Of a DNA stretch of 64,000 nucleotides, positions 1 through 9,218 are shown piece after piece (positions within the stretch are counted from its first letter, which is position 1; each line of letters opens with the position of its first letter). A model generated the notes under the pieces. That model had not been told where the DNA came from. It worked only from the letters and a program-made list of their open reading frames with translations, and searched no databases. Position numbers and translations under genes: made by a program. The stretch lies in the IMG/VR virus record IMGVR_UViG_3300042519_004024, positions 149,925-213,924 of that record; one strand, written 5' to 3'.

Positions 1-630
1 GGATGTTACTCCAAGTACGTTTCTTTCAGGTAAAAAGAAATTAAAAAACGGAACAACGTCAGCAGGATTAATAACCCTTTTGAATACCTTTGTTGTACCA
101 TTAACAACCACTTCCCTTTTTGTTATAATATAATTTATAATTTTATTATTAGCATCAAAAGTAGGTACTTTTGTTCTATTTACGAAACCTTCTTGATTAT
201 ACTGTGTTGAGAAGTCGATATCGTAAACAGTCTCAAAGGATGTCCCCGCACCATTAAATTGTGATCCGGCCCTTAAAATACCTAAATATCTATAATCCTC
301 ACTATCACCTAATGGTGGTACTGTAATAGATATGTCAACAACTGCAACTGATGGGCGATAACCTGGTATTTTTAAACCATAAGTTCTTGCAATATTGTAA
401 ATTGATGATCTTTGTTGAGCATACTGTAGAACAGTTTCTTGTATACTTCTATCAATATGAAAATGTAAATTATCAGCAACCGCAGCATTCAAATCCATTA
501 GAACTGAAAACACCGATGCGTCATTAAAATTTTGTACTAATTCAGGGTAATACTGTTTAGTATAATTTATCAAGTCTTGTCTTATCCCTTGAAAGTCCCT
601 CGTTGTATAATTTATCTTTTGGTTAGCCAT
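1..630 (-). CDS. Baseplate wedge protein, T4 gp6/baseplate J-like (N-terminal part; runs off window start)
   Basis: Not in ORF track; ATG at 630, open to position 1: MANQKINYTTRDFQGIRQDLINYTKQYYPELVQNFNDASVFSVLMDLNAAVADNLHFHIDRSIQETVLQYAQQRSSIYNIARTYG..., typical gp6 N-terminus; directly follows gp25-like gene. Confidence 0.85.
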   Translation of the reverse strand, partial: MANQKINYTTRDFQGIRQDLINYTKQYYPELVQNFNDASVFSVLMDLNAAVADNLHFHIDRSIQETVLQYAQQRSSIYNIARTYGLKIPGYRPSVAVVDISITVPPLGDSEDYRYLGILRAGSQFNGAGTSFETVYDIDFSTQYNQEGFVNRTKVPTFDANNKIINYIITKREVVVNGTTKVFKRVINPADVVPFFNFFLPERNVLGVTS

Positions 631-632
631 AA

Positions 633-1097
633 TTAAATATTAATAATTACGAATTCTCTACTTCCGAATGCTTTATTTTCGTCAGTATAATCGATTTTTA
701 GTTTTGCTGTGTATTCCGCAGTATTTGCCCCCGGTATTTTATATATACTTGCTTGACCCAATAATTCATAATCTAATTGCCCAACAACTTCGTCGGTTTC
801 GGTGTAGGGTTCTATAGTAATACTATTAATTAACAAATTTGGTATATATTTTGCAACTTGTTCTTCAATGTCAGATTTTATATTTTCAAACGTTTCACCA
901 TCTAATGGTTCAAAAATAAATTCATAAATTCTAGTTCCAAAATCGGGCAAATAATATCTACTTCCCTTTCTTGTTAATATTAAATGCAATAAGTCTGTCC
1001 TAATCTCTTCATCTGATTGTTGAGTTAGTAACAAATAATCTCCTACATTACTTTGTCTAAACGGAAAACTTATTCCATATGTTCTACCATCTGCCAT
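633..1097 (-). CDS. Baseplate wedge subunit, gp25/GPW-like
   Basis: LILTRKGSRYYLPDFGTRIYEFIFEP matches the gp25 'lLlT.kGER...PdFG..l..llFEp' motif. Confidence 0.9.
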   Translation of the reverse strand: MADGRTYGISFPFRQSNVGDYLLLTQQSDEEIRTDLLHLILTRKGSRYYLPDFGTRIYEFIFEPLDGETFENIKSDIEEQVAKYIPNLLINSITIEPYTETDEVVGQLDYELLGQASIYKIPGANTAEYTAKLKIDYTDENKAFGSREFVIINI

Positions 1098-1140
1098 ATT
1101 AAATAAATATAATGTTGTGAATTTTTGAATAAATAGATAT

Positions 1141-1171
1141 AAAATAAAAAATCACCGATTTCTCAGTGATT
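1141..1171 (-). terminator. Intrinsic terminator closing the replication block
   Basis: Minus strand AATCACTGA-GAAA-TCGGTGATT (9-bp stem incl. one G:U, GNRA loop) followed by TTTTATTTT. Confidence 0.8.
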
Positions 1172-1382
1172 CTTTTAAATTTATATTTCCTTTTTCGTAA
1201 CTTGGTTCGTAAGGACAATGTAAACACCTGTTACCACAACATTTACCTCTCTTCTTATGATATTCTTCAGTCATAACCATTCTACCTTGTTTATCATAAT
1301 AAAAATCGTCTTGTTGTAATTTAGGTCCAAATTCTCTAACATATAATTGTTGTACCCAATCCTTAGATGCTCCTACATTCAT
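1152..1382 (-). CDS. Small Cys-rich protein, DUF5522-like
   Basis: DFYYDKQGRMVMTEEYHKKRGKCCGNRCLHCPY motif. Confidence 0.75.
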   Translation of the reverse strand: MNVGASKDWVQQLYVREFGPKLQQDDFYYDKQGRMVMTEEYHKKRGKCCGNRCLHCPYEPSYEKGNINLKESLRNR

Positions 1383-1383
1383 T

Positions 1384-1464
1384 TTAATTAGTTTTTCTTT
1401 GGTTATAAAACGCTAACAAAACTTGGTATGTTATCGTTATATTGTTTCCCCATTGTACTTTCAT
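1384..1464 (-). CDS. Unannotated 26-aa small ORF
   Basis: MKVQWGNNITITYQVLLAFYNQRKTN*; fills the gap between nrdJ stop (1468) and next ATG (1382) with 3-nt and 1-nt spacers. Confidence 0.55.
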   Translation of the reverse strand: MKVQWGNNITITYQVLLAFYNQRKTN

Positions 1465-1467
1465 AAC

Positions 1468-3327
1468 TTAAACGATTTCACATGCGCCACCCGCACACGC
1501 AGCTTCTCCTCGTAGATCGGTGTTATCTTGTAACTCAATTACTTTTGTAAGATTAACATCTGATAATGTTTTAACCAATCTTTCAAAATCTTCTTTTGTA
1601 CAATCTTCAAAAGGGGCTTGTGTGTAAGTTCCTCCGTTGTAAGGTAGTACTGACAAACCGTTATAGAAATCTCTATTGTTCCACATCCAATCACCAACTA
1701 AACTCCACTCGTCTTCTTTAATTGATACTGTAGCAGATACGTTGTGTGTGTTTTGTCCGTTTCTATGTCCAGGTTTAATCCATTCTTGAGATACTTTCTT
1801 AACTCTTTCCAACATTTGGAACACTGATTCATGTCTTACGATTGAACCTTCAGGTGCTCTTTGTGGGATAGTAATTACCGCAGTATCGTGAGGACGGAAA
1901 AACTCATCTTCAATCAACTCAGGATGATTAATCGCCAAGTATGAATAGATTGATTCGTTTTTACCAACACGGATTCTTCTTAGGTAATAATCATTATGCC
2001 ATGCGTGGATTCCTGATGATGTACCCAATACCAATGATGAGGTACCTGATGGTTTAACTGTTGTTGTTCTTGCGGATTTGTTGATTCCAATAAGACCAGC
2101 AACTCTTTCGTTTTCTTCTTTAACCATCTTAGCCGCTTTTTTCATATCATAACCCAACACAACACCTGAACCAATTCCTGTCATACCTACACCGATAAGT
2201 GCATCTTTTTCAGTTGTTCTTTTCCAAATATCTCTTAAATAATGGAAGTCTGTGTATCCTGCCTGTAGTGTACCAATGAACGATGCCGCCCTAACTCTTG
2301 CATCAAAGTCTTCTTGTGATTCAATATCTGAAGCGTTAACCTCACATAAGTTACAGAATTGGAATGGACGAAGTGCGATTTCACAACAAGGGTTTGTTCC
2401 CCAATCTTTATCGTTAGATAAGTAGATTCCAGGTTCACCTGCGCCTGACAACTCAATACGTTTCCACAAATCCATAAAAAATTCTTTTGTGATTTTGTGA
2501 CGAAGAAGAACCGCCGAGTTATTTGCTCTACCTCTTTGTGCGTTTTGTTCCCACCAACTTCCTGATTTACAAGAAATCATTTCTTCATCATCTGCCGAAA
2601 ATAATGAGATAAGAGCCGCACGTCTGATACCACCCGCTAGTACTGCATCCGCAATATGACATACGATATCGTGAGTTTCAATTGGTGTTAGTTTTTCTCC
2701 ATCTTTTTTGTTATCCAATACTTTTGTAATGTTATGGATACAATCTTTTAATGGTTGAGGGCCCGGAGCCTTTCCCCCTGATGTTACAAGCATCGCACCT
2801 TTTTGTCTAATATCTGAAAAGTCGAATATAGGTGTTGATGACTTATAACCTAAATATGATTCCATTAATACTTTAATGGCATCTGCCCACCCTTCAATAG
2901 AATCACCAATAAGGTATCTTCTTGTTCTTTCAGGATTTGGTTTTTTAATATCTGGTAGTTTTTCAACGTGGTGTTTTTGAACTGAGTAACCAACTCCTGT
3001 TCCACCTAAAAGTAAAAACATTGTTTCAGAAAACGAGTCAACGTGATCGATTGGCATATATGCACAATTATAAACTCTGTTTGGTGAGATTTCAATTGGC
3101 TTTCCACCAAATTGTAAAGATCTCATAGATGGTAAAACTTTCTTGTCGTACACCATTTTATATACCTCTTCAATCTCATCTTTGATGTGTGGGTACTTTC
3201 TTTGGTGCATCTCTTTGTTACGTGTTACCAACTCTTCCCAAGTCTCTCTCCGATTCTTTTCGGGTTGAAACTTAGCGTATTTCATAAAGACAGTAATGTC
3301 ACTTAATATTTTTTGCGAAATATCCAT
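1468..3327 (-). CDS. nrdJ: Class II (adenosylcobalamin-dependent) ribonucleotide reductase, monomeric RTPR-like
   Basis: LPSMRSL, YNCAY, GGTGVGYSV, NPCCEI..FCNLCEVN, TTVKPSGT, C-terminal CAGGAC redox pair; no beta-subunit gene adjacent. Confidence 0.92.
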   Translation of the reverse strand: MDISQKILSDITVFMKYAKFQPEKNRRETWEELVTRNKEMHQRKYPHIKDEIEEVYKMVYDKKVLPSMRSLQFGGKPIEISPNRVYNCAYMPIDHVDSFSETMFLLLGGTGVGYSVQKHHVEKLPDIKKPNPERTRRYLIGDSIEGWADAIKVLMESYLGYKSSTPIFDFSDIRQKGAMLVTSGGKAPGPQPLKDCIHNITKVLDNKKDGEKLTPIETHDIVCHIADAVLAGGIRRAALISLFSADDEEMISCKSGSWWEQNAQRGRANNSAVLLRHKITKEFFMDLWKRIELSGAGEPGIYLSNDKDWGTNPCCEIALRPFQFCNLCEVNASDIESQEDFDARVRAASFIGTLQAGYTDFHYLRDIWKRTTEKDALIGVGMTGIGSGVVLGYDMKKAAKMVKEENERVAGLIGINKSARTTTVKPSGTSSLVLGTSSGIHAWHNDYYLRRIRVGKNESIYSYLAINHPELIEDEFFRPHDTAVITIPQRAPEGSIVRHESVFQMLERVKKVSQEWIKPGHRNGQNTHNVSATVSIKEDEWSLVGDWMWNNRDFYNGLSVLPYNGGTYTQAPFEDCTKEDFERLVKTLSDVNLTKVIELQDNTDLRGEAACAGGACEIV

Positions 3328-3352
3328 TTTTAATTTATTTTAATAATTTATT

Positions 3353-4732
3353 TTAAGATTCTTGTTCTTTTTGTTTTTTTCTTTCCAACAGTTCTTTTAT
3401 TCTGTTCCTGTTCTTTTCTTCCTTTTGTTCTTCATGACCAAGGAAAGTAACACTTTGTTCAGTGTCTATGTCTAACATACCATTGTCAAACTTACAATTT
3501 TCAAAGATAATTCCATCTTTACCGATTCTTGATTTAGTTATTGCAATCGTTGCTAAATTCATTTCTTTTTGTTGTAACGATTTAGCCACTGTTATAATAA
3601 CGTGTCCAACTTGTGCTTTCTTGATTGAACCCCCCATTTGATCTGTGGTTACAACTTCAGATGAAATTGAATTTCTATTACCCTGCGTTGCTGTCCATCC
3701 TGCGATATCCAACTCGTGACACATTGCTTCAAATCCTCGCATTACTGATCCTTCACTCTTCCATTCATCACCTAACATTTTGTCCGGTACAACACAATCA
3801 ATATAATCTAAAATAATAATATCAACCTTTATCCCTTCGGCAATCATTTTTCTAACCTGATTTTTAATCTGATTCATTGTTACAGTATCAGATGCCAATT
3901 TTTTCATAATCAACTTATTTTTTCTTGTTGATTGAATTTCTTTGACTCTTTCAGTAACTTCTTTTCTATTTTCAGAAAGGTCGTCGGGGTGTATTCCAGT
4001 CCAAAGTGTAAAGTGTTTTCTTTGGATAATTTTTGGGTTGTCCTCAAAAAATATTTGAAGAACGTTATACCCTAAGTTAAATGCGTGGTTAGCAATCTTT
4101 GTTGTAAACGTTGATTTACCAACACCGGTTGGTGCTAAAATTACACCGATTTCACCTTTAGCAAGTCCACCTTTTAATAGGTTATCTATGCCAGGTACTC
4201 CAATTGGAATTGGGTGTCTGTAATCATCATCCAATACCTCATCAAGGTTAAAAAACACATCCGTAGTTCCCTTATCTACTTCACCAACTTGAAGTGCTCC
4301 CCTAACCATTTCTTCTAACTTATCATAACTCTCGAAATCACCTTTATCGATGATTGATTGAGCCTTTGTCATTACTTTTTGGAGTTCTTGTTGTTTACAG
4401 AATTTAAGGGATTTTTCTTGAACAAAGATTGAACCTTCGTCAGATACGTTCTTAACCTGATTTAATGTGTCTAAAATACTCTTTTGAGCCATCGGTGAAC
4501 TGATTTCTGACTTAGTCAACTGTTCAAGGGTATCAAATGTCGGTGTATGCTCATACTTAGAATAATATTCTTTAATCATCTGACAAATGATTTTAAAATA
4601 TTGATTATCAAAGTAGTGAGGATCTATAACTTCTATGATGGAATTAGAGAAATCTTTGTAAGTAATAATGTTATTTAATAATTGAATTTGAAAAGTATTT
4701 CCTAAGTATCCGAAGTTTTTTTTGTCTGACAT
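3353..4732 (-). CDS. Replicative DNA helicase, DnaB/T4 gp41-like
   Basis: Walker A APTGVGKS, IILDYID, WTATQGNR, KSRIG. Confidence 0.92.
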   Translation of the reverse strand: MSDKKNFGYLGNTFQIQLLNNIITYKDFSNSIIEVIDPHYFDNQYFKIICQMIKEYYSKYEHTPTFDTLEQLTKSEISSPMAQKSILDTLNQVKNVSDEGSIFVQEKSLKFCKQQELQKVMTKAQSIIDKGDFESYDKLEEMVRGALQVGEVDKGTTDVFFNLDEVLDDDYRHPIPIGVPGIDNLLKGGLAKGEIGVILAPTGVGKSTFTTKIANHAFNLGYNVLQIFFEDNPKIIQRKHFTLWTGIHPDDLSENRKEVTERVKEIQSTRKNKLIMKKLASDTVTMNQIKNQVRKMIAEGIKVDIIILDYIDCVVPDKMLGDEWKSEGSVMRGFEAMCHELDIAGWTATQGNRNSISSEVVTTDQMGGSIKKAQVGHVIITVAKSLQQKEMNLATIAITKSRIGKDGIIFENCKFDNGMLDIDTEQSVTFLGHEEQKEEKNRNRIKELLERKKQKEQES

Positions 4733-4769
4733 ATTGTTGAGATTTTGTTCCTTGTTTTAATAAATATTG

Positions 4770-5222
4770 TTAAACTAATGAATAATTCATCATCTCAAAA
4801 GATAAATTTTTCTCTGATAAAATGTCAGTCAACTCTCTTAAAATGTTTTTTATGTCTGGGCGTACATCCAGCGTATATCTTACTTTTGGTGGGTACAGTT
4901 TCGCATCAATAATTCTATGACAAATTGTCTCATTTCCAACCTTTAAAATAATGTTAAATATTTCAGGTCCATCTGTATTTGACGTTTCAAGGATTGATGA
5001 GTCCTCTTCGATTTGGAATCTGTTCTCAAGCATATAAACAACACATTTGTTTCGTAGTTTTGTTTGTAGTGTGTTTGAAAGTGATTTTATAAAATCATAC
5101 AATTCTACACTACCTTTAACTTTAGGGTTATACCCTTTTACGTTAAAGAATCTTTGAACTACAAAGTTGTTGTTTAGCGTGATTAAGAACTCAACCTTTG
5201 TTACATCATTCTGCTCTTTCAT
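4770..5222 (-). CDS. Hypothetical protein in replication operon
   Basis: 150-aa ORF tightly packed between exonuclease and helicase; no motif recognised. Confidence 0.7.
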   Translation of the reverse strand: MKEQNDVTKVEFLITLNNNFVVQRFFNVKGYNPKVKGSVELYDFIKSLSNTLQTKLRNKCVVYMLENRFQIEEDSSILETSNTDGPEIFNIILKVGNETICHRIIDAKLYPPKVRYTLDVRPDIKNILRELTDILSEKNLSFEMMNYSLV

Positions 5223-5226
5223 AATT

Positions 5227-6234
5227 TTACTTTTTTGTTTTAAACTTTGTTTTTTCTTTTCTTGTTAACTTTAAAAATGGTTTTAAAAAATATACCCACT
5301 GTTCGTCTCCTTTAGGTAGGTATTTAAATAATCCATCATCCATCATCATTCTAATTAGATTCTTATACCCTCTTCCGTCAGGATCCAATGACTCAGAGTA
5401 ATATGCCATTACTAATTTTTTTCCTTCTTCACTAATTAGTGGTTCCGATAAATCTACAATCTTTTTATTGATTTCAAAAAACTCGTCACCAAAAATACCT
5501 TCTTTTGTTTTACCCGTCAGTAAATTTTTTAAAACCGTATTTTCTTTTTGTTCTTTTAAGAGTTCTTCACCCTTTGTTAAAATATCGGTAAAAGAAACTT
5601 CTTTTTCAAGTAGCTCAGGAAATAATTTGATAATGGTTTTTTCACCTAAGTAATAGATACCATCAATATTATCTGATTTGTCACCAGATATTATTTTAAA
5701 TGTTTTAACGTTATAGTGTGGGATTTCAATTTCTTTTAATTTAATTTTATCTCCCTTCTTATAATACTTCTTGGTATTAGGCGAATAGATAGTCACATCA
5801 TCTGTAATAAGCTGTGTAAGGTCTCTATCTCCACTAAAAATAGTTTTATCTTCTCCTTTAGATATTTGACAATAATATGCAATTAAATCATCAGCCTCTG
5901 AGTTTGGGAACTCGACTTGTCTTACAAACATTTCTTCAAGGTACTCCTTTACTCTATGTTTTTGTTTGTTAAATGATTCCTCCTTCATTTCATTTTCAGG
6001 AGACTTTCGGTGAAGTTTATATTTTGGGTAGATTAACCTTCTCTGTGAAGAGCTTGTTTCTCCGTCCCAAAATACAACTACCTTACAGAAGTTTTCTTCG
6101 TCTATGAACCTACGTAATGTATTTAGAAAGTGCCAAAGACCTCCAATATGTTCACCTTTGTTAAAGTAATCTTTAACACCGTGAAATCCAATTTTTAATA
6201 GGTTGTTACCGTCAACCAATAACGTCTTTGTCAT
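5227..6234 (-). CDS. 5'-3' exonuclease / flap endonuclease (T4 RNase H / PolI N-terminal-like)
   Basis: LLVDGNNL, YKLHR, EADDLIA, SGDRDLTQL, GDKSDNIDGI..LGEKT. Confidence 0.92.
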   Translation of the reverse strand: MTKTLLVDGNNLLKIGFHGVKDYFNKGEHIGGLWHFLNTLRRFIDEENFCKVVVFWDGETSSSQRRLIYPKYKLHRKSPENEMKEESFNKQKHRVKEYLEEMFVRQVEFPNSEADDLIAYYCQISKGEDKTIFSGDRDLTQLITDDVTIYSPNTKKYYKKGDKIKLKEIEIPHYNVKTFKIISGDKSDNIDGIYYLGEKTIIKLFPELLEKEVSFTDILTKGEELLKEQKENTVLKNLLTGKTKEGIFGDEFFEINKKIVDLSEPLISEEGKKLVMAYYSESLDPDGRGYKNLIRMMMDDGLFKYLPKGDEQWVYFLKPFLKLTRKEKTKFKTKK

Positions 6235-6255
6235 TTCTGTATTATTACAGGGTTC

Positions 6256-7263
6256 TTACTCTACTTCTTCTTTTTCTGATTTCAAATCAAAGTCACCATC
6301 AACTCCAATTATTTCTTTCCAATACTCAGCATATTCTTTTTTGTATTGTTCAATCGAAGCCTTCTCTTCGGAAGCTTCTTTTCCAGGTAAAAACCCGTGT
6401 GGTGTTACAATAATCTTTCCGTCTTCAAACCCAAGTCCATTAATGTGGTTTTTCATAACTGACACTTTTGTTCTTGATGCAAACTTTACTGTACGTTTGT
6501 CTTTAGTTGCAGTAATCTTTGTTGTTCCTGCCCCTTTTTGATTTCCAAATAAGAATACTAATGATGAATTTAACCAAATTGCTTCACCACCCTTTGCTTT
6601 AATTTTTGGTTGTCCAAATGGATTGTCAGGTAATTCTACCCAAGGTTGGTTTACGATAATCAAAGTATTCTCAAATTTTGAATCCGCTTTACGAGAACCT
6701 GAAATTCTTTGGTTGATTCCCATTCCTATCTTGTCCGCCAAAACACTTGCATTGTGTTGTTTACCTCCTTTACCTTCATAAGTCATCTTACAAGGAACTG
6801 AACCAACAGAATCCCACATGATACATAATGAATAGTCTAAATCGCCTTTTTCTTGTGCATCTAACAATTCATTAATGTAATCGGTAATTTGTTCAATGTA
6901 ATCAAAATTATTGTTAAAGATATAAAAACCATCCCACTCTAATTCACCCGTTTCAGTATCAACCACTTCATCACATTCAAACCCCATTAGTTTTGCGTGT
7001 TCAAAACTCCATTTTTGTTCCGTAATAATGAATACAGGAAGTATACCTTTCTTTTGAGCATCAACCGCAGTTTTAACTAAGGCAGTTGTCTTACCCGTAT
7101 CACTATGACCAAGAAACATATTTATGTGTCCCATCGCAGGACCAGGTAATCCAACTGCGTCTAAAAATGGTGCCCCAAGATCAAAAAATCTCTGTGGTTT
7201 ATATTTTGCAGACGTAGAAAATTTCTTTTTTAATGACCCAAAGTCAGTCTTTTTAATTGCCAT
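6256..7263 (-). CDS. recA: RecA/UvsX-like recombinase
   Basis: GHSDTGKTT Walker A, WDSVGS Walker B, IIVNQ, KGGEAI, KNHI. Confidence 0.88.
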   Translation of the reverse strand: MAIKKTDFGSLKKKFSTSAKYKPQRFFDLGAPFLDAVGLPGPAMGHINMFLGHSDTGKTTALVKTAVDAQKKGILPVFIITEQKWSFEHAKLMGFECDEVVDTETGELEWDGFYIFNNNFDYIEQITDYINELLDAQEKGDLDYSLCIMWDSVGSVPCKMTYEGKGGKQHNASVLADKIGMGINQRISGSRKADSKFENTLIIVNQPWVELPDNPFGQPKIKAKGGEAIWLNSSLVFLFGNQKGAGTTKITATKDKRTVKFASRTKVSVMKNHINGLGFEDGKIIVTPHGFLPGKEASEEKASIEQYKKEYAEYWKEIIGVDGDFDLKSEKEEVE

Positions 7264-7287
7264 ATATTGTTTGTTTTTTTAAAAGTT

Positions 7288-7320
7288 AAAAAAAGGTAGT
7301 GACTTTATCAATCACTACCT
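7288..7320 (-). terminator. Intrinsic terminator/attenuator after SSB gene
   Basis: AGGTAGTGA..TCACTACCT 9-bp inverted repeat (7294-7302/7312-7320) followed by T-run on minus strand. Confidence 0.75.
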
Positions 7321-7339
7321 ATCTTTTATAGGATTTTTA

Positions 7340-8197
7340 TTAGAATGGTAATTCCTCAGATGGTTCATCATTTGCTTGTGGATCAACGATTGGCGTTTCT
7401 TCTTTCGTTTCGTTTCCGCCACCTAATGAAATTTCCGCTTCATCTCCGTAAACATATTTTTTAAGTTCTGAACTCCACATTGGTGTTTCACCTACAGCAA
7501 CTGCCTCTAAATATTCAACAGGTTTTTTAGAGTAAACGTCTTTCCAAGTAAGTTCATCTATCATCCAACCTTCCATAATTTCACTATCAGTGTGGATTGG
7601 TGCTGGATCATCATACATAATAGTTTGTACTACAGTATACTCTTTTCCTTGTGGTGTTTTTGCTTTTATTAGTTCAATAATCAAATCACGTCCTTTTTCA
7701 GAATCAGTTAAGTCACCTTTTGCTTTCCAAATAGGAAGGATTTTATCCAAGACACCTTCTTGTTTGTAGTTATGTTTGAATCTCCAAAACTTAACCCCAT
7801 CTTGTTCGTTATCACGATCAATAACTTTTACGATGTAGAATAAACGTGAACGGTATTGAGACGCCAATTCTTTATCTTCTTTTTTCCCTGTAGCAATAAG
7901 TTCGTTATAAACTTCTGTAAGTGGGGAACGCTCGTTGTCGTTTTTTTCAGGATCATACAACTTAACCCATTGTCCATTAACTTGGATTTCGTGATACCAA
8001 ACTTCAACAAATGGTGAAGAACCATCTTTTGTAGGTAGAATACGAATTCTTCTTTGTGCTGATTTTTCATTTTTTTGAAGAATTGCTGAAAAATATCTTT
8101 TCATTCTGTCTTCTTGTGAGATGTTTTGTCTCTGTGAACTACTTGGTGTTGAGTTCTTTTCGTACTGTGCAAGTACTGCGTCAATTGAATTTGCCAT
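7340..8197 (-). CDS. Single-stranded DNA-binding protein, T4 gp32-like
   Basis: IRILP...PFVEVWYH, YIVKVIDR, GRDLII, acidic tail ending EELPF. Confidence 0.85.
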   Translation of the reverse strand: MANSIDAVLAQYEKNSTPSSSQRQNISQEDRMKRYFSAILQKNEKSAQRRIRILPTKDGSSPFVEVWYHEIQVNGQWVKLYDPEKNDNERSPLTEVYNELIATGKKEDKELASQYRSRLFYIVKVIDRDNEQDGVKFWRFKHNYKQEGVLDKILPIWKAKGDLTDSEKGRDLIIELIKAKTPQGKEYTVVQTIMYDDPAPIHTDSEIMEGWMIDELTWKDVYSKKPVEYLEAVAVGETPMWSSELKKYVYGDEAEISLGGGNETKEETPIVDPQANDEPSEELPF

Positions 8198-8236
8198 AGA
8201 TTTTTGTTTTTAATTTATACTCTTTTATCTATAACA

Positions 8237-8264
8237 ATTATAAGTGATTTTTAATAAATGTCAA
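8237..8264 (-). promoter_or_regulatory. Sigma70-consensus promoter for replication block
   Basis: Minus strand TTGACA-N16-TATAAT, 40 nt upstream of SSB ATG and just downstream of a terminator. Confidence 0.7.
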
Positions 8265-8265
8265 A

Positions 8266-8290
8266 TAAAAAAGGGACTTTTCAGTCCCTT
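8266..8290 (-). terminator. Intrinsic terminator
   Basis: AAGGGACT/AGTCCCTT stem with T-run on the minus strand, right after stop at 8295. Confidence 0.8.
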
Positions 8291-8294
8291 CTTA

Positions 8295-8951
8295 TCAAAA
8301 CGTTTGTTCGTCGTTTTCGTTGTAATTATTGAATGTTTTTTTAACTTCGTTTGGTGAAAAATTCTCAACTTCATCTGATGTTAGAATATATTCATTTTTA
8401 CCTGTTTCTTCCATCTCATCTTTTTTGTCATCAAAAAAATCAGTTAGTTTTTGATTGTATGGATAAGAATCTAATGATCTTAACATTAATTTTTCTTCAG
8501 GTGTTTTTTCTCTATATCTATCAAATTTAGTTTCTAATGAATTTATCTTATCCATTATACTATCCATGTGTTGTAGTTTTTTTTCTAAATCATCTAATTT
8601 AGTAAAAATCCCATCCATGAATTCGTCTTGTTTTGCTTTAATGTCCTGTTGTGCGGTAACTAAATCTGTGATGTCAACTTCCTCTGTTTCAGCATCACCT
8701 TCTTTGTCGTCAGTCACTTCTTCAACATCAGGATCATTTTCAACATCTATTGGTTCAGGTATTGGTGCTCCCGCTGCAGGTGCATCTCCTCCTGCCGCAG
8801 GTGGCGGTGGTACATCTCCCCCCGCTGCCGGTGGTGGCGGTGGAGCATCTCCTCCTGCCGGTGGTGGCGGTGGAGCGTCTTGTTCATTTATATAAGAATT
8901 AATATTATTAAATCTTCTTAATTCCTCTAAAATTTTATTATCTATACTCAT
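8295..8951 (-). CDS. Acidic Pro-rich coiled-coil protein, possible prohead core/internal protein
   Basis: Leader ending YINE, (PPPPAAGGD)n repeats, acidic stretch, heptad region LDDLEKKLQHMDSIMDKINSLE. Confidence 0.55.
   Translation of the reverse strand: MSIDNKILEELRRFNNINSYINEQDAPPPPPAGGDAPPPPPAAGGDVPPPPAAGGDAPAAGAPIPEPIDVENDPDVEEVTDDKEGDAETEEVDITDLVTAQQDIKAKQDEFMDGIFTKLDDLEKKLQHMDSIMDKINSLETKFDRYREKTPEEKLMLRSLDSYPYNQKLTDFFDDKKDEMEETGKNEYILTSDEVENFSPNEVKKTFNNYNENDEQTF
8767..8880 (-). repeat. GC-rich ~30-33-bp coding tandem repeat (PPPPPAGGDA x3-4)
   Basis: Repeated CATCTCCnCCnGCnGCnGGTGGnGG units on the plus strand. Confidence 0.85.
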
Positions 8952-8964
8952 TTTTTTTAGTTTT

Positions 8965-9192
8965 TTAACCGTTTAATAATGTTTTAACACCTGCTGGTGT
9001 CTCGACTCTTAATGTTCTATTAGTTTTAACGGTGTTGTCAAATCTTTCTATTAAACCGTCTTTCATTCTTATTGTATAACAGTCACCTGTATCTAGATCA
9101 CAAACTTGTTTGTGATCGGCATCTATTTGTTTTTCAGACACTCTAGTGTCTTTTCTCAAATAATCATCTAATAAATTTTTAACGTTACTCAT
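8965..9192 (-). CDS. Hypothetical late protein
   Basis: 75-aa ORF preceded by TATTTATA motif (9207-9214). Confidence 0.7.
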   Translation of the reverse strand: MSNVKNLLDDYLRKDTRVSEKQIDADHKQVCDLDTGDCYTIRMKDGLIERFDNTVKTNRTLRVETPAGVKTLLNG

Positions 9193-9218
9193 ATTTTTAT
9201 TTTTTATATAAATATATC

